From IMG/VR virus record IMGVR_UViG_3300032315_000882, positions 1-45,394 of that record: a stretch of DNA of 45,394 nucleotides; one strand, given 5' to 3'. Positions 42,319 through 45,394 of this stretch are shown one piece after another. The notes beneath the pieces were generated by a model. That model was not told the DNA's origin, did no database searches, and saw nothing but the letters and a program-made list of their open reading frames with translations. Position numbers and translations under genes: made by a program. This DNA is from a virus. Taxonomy: Duplodnaviria; Caudoviricetes. Position 1 is the stretch's first letter. Every line of letters begins with the position of its first letter.

Positions 42319-42352
42319 AAGGTACGGCACGCGAACCGCACTTAGCCATACG
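42319..42352 (-). promoter_or_regulatory. Late promoter motif upstream of terS
   Basis: CGTATGGCT-N19-TACCTT, then CCCGCT as in the 34306 copy. Confidence 0.6.
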
Positions 42353-42371
42353 TCAGTTTTGGTCGTACCCC

Positions 42372-42548
42372 TCATCCCTGTTTCCTGATCCTGAATGTGA
42401 TGATGTCGGCGACCGTCGCTTTGTGCATATCGAACTTCTTGGCGAGCGTGCCGTAGCTCCAGCCGCCCTCCTCATACATCGACCGCATCAGCTCGACCTC
42501 TGCGTTGGTCAGCTTCGCGTCGTGGTGCTTCTCGCCCAAACGTGCCAT
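42372..42548 (-). CDS. Small HTH DNA-binding protein (candidate late activator)
   Basis: AGGAG RBS; GEKHHDAKLT..EV..MR...SYGTLAKKFDMHKATVADI. Confidence 0.7.
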   Translation of the reverse strand: MARLGEKHHDAKLTNAEVELMRSMYEEGGWSYGTLAKKFDMHKATVADIITFRIRKQG

Positions 42549-42564
42549 TTTTTGCGTGCTCCTG

Positions 42565-42825
42565 TGGTGTAACGCCAAGTGTTGCGACCTGTAACGACCT
42601 ACGTTGTTACGCCTTAAACCCAGTCACAGTGGGGGTTTGCGGCGGGTGTAACGACCGCAACAGTGGTTTTTTCTCTACCTTTGCCCGGAGCGCCCGCCCC
42701 ACCCCCTCCTATATATATATAACCTTTTAATAGGGTTATAGGTTGTTACGGTTGTTACAACGATGTTTTATATGAGCTTTTTGCTGTTACAGAGGTCGCT
42801 ACAGCGGCGTTACGGGGCGTTACGC
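42565..42825. other. Putative replication origin (GTTAC/GTAAC iterons around an AT-rich core)
   Basis: About ten TGTAAC/GTTAC-type repeats in both orientations flanking ctatatatatataaccttttaatagggttata; directly downstream of the primase-helicase. Confidence 0.75.
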
Positions 42826-45029
42826 GCCCACCTCCGAACGACCTTCCCGTCCACTCTCTGCACTTTACTGCAGAAACCGATGGCCTTGAGGGCCTTCGCT
42901 GCCCTCATCTCGTCCGTGCGTTTTATTGCGTGTTCGCGGAAGTTCAGTGCTTCCGTCAGAACCTGGTGCGTCGAGAAGCCCTCTGCCCCGGGCAGAGACC
43001 CATCCAGCTCGGGGGTGGCCAACCACTTTTCGATGGTGTCTTCCCAGGTGTCTTGCACCCGGTAGCCCCCGTGCTCGCCCTTGGCGAGGGTCTCGGCTTC
43101 GCGCCATGCGACGCCACCCTCCTCGAACAGCACCCTGCCTTCCGCCCAGAGCTGGTCGCGATCCCGGGCGATACCCTCGACGTCCACCACGCCCGAGGCC
43201 ATCGGCAACCAGCGCCGCTCGCCCGTAGGGTCGTCGAGGAACTGACCCTCGTTGGTGGTGCCCTGGAAGGCACAGCGGCGCAGTAGTGTGGTCGAAAACT
43301 CCTTGTACTTCGGCACCCAGTCCTCCTTGCGCCGGGCGGTCCACGCCTTGATCTCTTCGATGGCCTTGGTCTTGAGACCAGACAGCTCGCCCAGCTCCAC
43401 CATCAGGCACCCGCGCATCAGTCGAGCCCGGGCATCCTCGTTCTGGTGGAAGTTCATCTCGCGGAAGGTGTCGAAGGGGGCCATAGCCTCGATCCCCGAG
43501 GACTTGCGCTGTCCCTGCTCGCCGGTGAGGATCGGCACCATGTCCGCCTTGACGCCTGGCACCATCACCCTGCCCGCCATCGCCGTCCAGATGTAGCGCG
43601 AGACGGCGCAGGCATAGGGGCCGATGGGGACGCCGAAGTAGCGGGCATAGAAGCCGTCGACCCGGTTGACGCCGTCCCACTTGAGGCCGTTGAGCCAGAC
43701 CTGGGCGCTGTCGACCGGTTGCATCTGGGAGATGTAGTCGACCACGTCGCGGATCAGCTCGCGGCCGACGGGCTTGAAGCCCAACCTCTCCAGGGTCAGC
43801 CGCAGCTCGACGGCGTGGTGGTCCTTGAAGGCGAGCCACTTGTCGGGACTGTCAACGTCGGCGTAGACGATCTCGTCCCTGAAGGTGTCGTACCTGATGT
43901 CCATGCCGCAGACGTCTGGCCGCAGGAGGGCCGAGCGTACGTTGCCGAGGACCGCCTCGATCCTGCCCTTGCCGTCACGCTCGAAGGAGGGGAGGAGCAG
44001 ATCGACCTGCTCTCCCTCCAGCACCACCGGCGTCAAGTCCTCGAAGTCATCGGCCGAGGCGACGTCCTGCCACCCGTGCTCGCGAGCCTTGGCGAAGATC
44101 GTGCGCTCGGTGATGGGGCTGGCGGTCTCGCCCTTCTGGTCGAGCCAAGCCCAGACCTTGATGGCCAGCTCGTCCTCATCGAAGTGCGGGGCCCTGGCCG
44201 AGAACTCGAGCGCCAGGGCATAGCCCTCATCGCTCCCGCCCGTGGCGTGATGGATGCCCGAGATGATGTCGCGCCACTCGTCATAGCCCAAGGGGCTCGT
44301 GTCGTTGGGGATGGCGGCCAGGGCGTCGCGCAGCTGGTTTAGATCGCCATCCGAAAACACAGTTACGCTGTGCGTTTCCCGCACCGACCGCTCGAGCACC
44401 GGCACAGGGGCCGAGACTGGCCAAGGCAGCAGGTCATGTGCGTACTCGCGCGGCATCACCTCGTAGTCGAACATGGGCTCGAGCGGTGCGCTCTTGCCAG
44501 CCAGGGGCAGGATGAACTGGTTCCCGAAGCCCTGCTCCGGCACGCTGTCCTGTTTGGGGAAGACCTCGGCCTCAAAGTTGGCCACGCCCTTCGCACCGTC
44601 GCGCAGCCCGACGCGGGACAGGATGACGCGCATCAAGCCGCGCACCGAGTGGGCGTCCTGGGGCTCGGCCCAGACGGCGAACAGGTGGATGCCGTTGCCG
44701 CCCGTCGAGCGGAAGGGGACCAGCTCGACGTGAAACGTGCGCGCGGCGTTGGCCAGGCCTTCGGCCACAGCCACCATCTCCTCCCAAGAGGTCTGCCCCT
44801 TGTGGCTGTCGAGGTCGAACAGGGCGATGCGCGTCGTGCTCTCGCCCGCCTTGATGGGGCAGACGCCTCGGGGCATCGTGCCGTCGAGGTGGCGCTTCAA
44901 GCGCGCCTCGGTCAGGGGCTCGCGGGTCCAGGCCATGCCGGTCTGGGCCTTGATAGCGGTCACGTCCGTGCGGGCGCGAGATGTCAGCGGCTCGAGAGCC
45001 GCGATGAGGTTGTCCTTCTCGGTGGTCAT
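42810..45029 (-). CDS. Primase-helicase (AEP-like primase + PriCT-2-like + VirE/VapE-type helicase)
   Basis: FDLDSH, RSTGGNGIHL, EVFPKQ; YDEW..I..GIH; GEQGQRKS, ELGEL, GTTN..FL.DPTGERRW. Confidence 0.88.
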   Translation of the reverse strand: MTTEKDNLIAALEPLTSRARTDVTAIKAQTGMAWTREPLTEARLKRHLDGTMPRGVCPIKAGESTTRIALFDLDSHKGQTSWEEMVAVAEGLANAARTFHVELVPFRSTGGNGIHLFAVWAEPQDAHSVRGLMRVILSRVGLRDGAKGVANFEAEVFPKQDSVPEQGFGNQFILPLAGKSAPLEPMFDYEVMPREYAHDLLPWPVSAPVPVLERSVRETHSVTVFSDGDLNQLRDALAAIPNDTSPLGYDEWRDIISGIHHATGGSDEGYALALEFSARAPHFDEDELAIKVWAWLDQKGETASPITERTIFAKAREHGWQDVASADDFEDLTPVVLEGEQVDLLLPSFERDGKGRIEAVLGNVRSALLRPDVCGMDIRYDTFRDEIVYADVDSPDKWLAFKDHHAVELRLTLERLGFKPVGRELIRDVVDYISQMQPVDSAQVWLNGLKWDGVNRVDGFYARYFGVPIGPYACAVSRYIWTAMAGRVMVPGVKADMVPILTGEQGQRKSSGIEAMAPFDTFREMNFHQNEDARARLMRGCLMVELGELSGLKTKAIEEIKAWTARRKEDWVPKYKEFSTTLLRRCAFQGTTNEGQFLDDPTGERRWLPMASGVVDVEGIARDRDQLWAEGRVLFEEGGVAWREAETLAKGEHGGYRVQDTWEDTIEKWLATPELDGSLPGAEGFSTHQVLTEALNFREHAIKRTDEMRAAKALKAIGFCSKVQRVDGKVVRRWARNAP

Positions 45030-45030
45030 G

Positions 45031-45255
45031 CTATCCCAGCACCTTCTCTGGGTTGACCAGGTTCGCGGCGGGCACGCCGAGCCGCTCGTGGATGGCCTGG
45101 GCGTGGCGCACGGGCATCCAGCGGGCACCATTCAGCCAGCCGCTGACGGCCTGCTGCGAGACGCCGAGGAGGGCCGCCAGCTTCACCTGACCACCGGCCA
45201 GGGCGATGGCCTGTGCGATGTGCTTTCGCACGGAGGGGGTAGATCGTTTTCTCAT
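45031..45255 (-). CDS. Cro/YdaS-like HTH regulator
   Basis: AIALAGGQVKLAALLGVSQQAVSGWL; ATG 45255 with AGGA RBS. Confidence 0.85.
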   Translation of the reverse strand: MRKRSTPSVRKHIAQAIALAGGQVKLAALLGVSQQAVSGWLNGARWMPVRHAQAIHERLGVPAANLVNPEKVLG

Positions 45256-45271
45256 TGTCCTGCCCATCCCT

Positions 45272-45394
45272 GACCGGCCTTGGCTGGCGCAGGCAACTCT
45301 TCGAGCTTGTCGAGCGCCGACGCCAAGGCATTCAGGCACAGCGTTTCGGTCACGGGGTATGGGTCACGCGCAACGACTTCCCGCGCAGCGGAGA
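45272..45394. repeat. Terminal direct repeat, right copy
   Basis: Identical to 1-123. Confidence 0.95.

Overview
Apparently complete ~45.27-kb genome of a tailed dsDNA podophage. Bases 1-123 are repeated exactly at 45272-45394 and an ORF reads through the join, so the contig is circular or circularly permuted. The high GC, a GcrA-like gene and a GTA-type head-spike base suggest an alphaproteobacterial host, possibly Caulobacter/Brevundimonas-like (inference). Divergent promoters at ~556-652 drive two arms. The rightward early/replication arm carries a SAM-lyase-like gene, an HNH, a DUF2800 exonuclease, a DUF2815 SSB, a family A DNA polymerase, VRR-NUC, a GcrA-like HTH and an SNF2 helicase. 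The leftward arm carries a Cro-like HTH, a primase-helicase and an iteron origin, then a BPP-1/epsilon15-like morphogenesis module, ejection proteins, tail spike and lysis cassette. I saw no integrase, CI-type repressor, RNA polymerase, tRNA or CRISPR array. Highlights: (1) the polymerase carries a 288-aa intein in motif B whose homing endonuclease is encoded in a different reading frame, nested inside the intein, with both frames open; (2) a candidate ~120-nt sRNA at the convergence of the two arms, whose last loop is complementary to an (GA)AGGACA(A) motif at the starts of several early genes; (3) a late-promoter motif GGTATGTCT-N18-TAnnnT found 4 times; (4) a 3330-aa polyvalent ejection protein carrying ART-like, HhH-like, SAM-lyase-like and metallopeptidase modules. 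Family assignments come from motif recognition by eye; no database searches were run.
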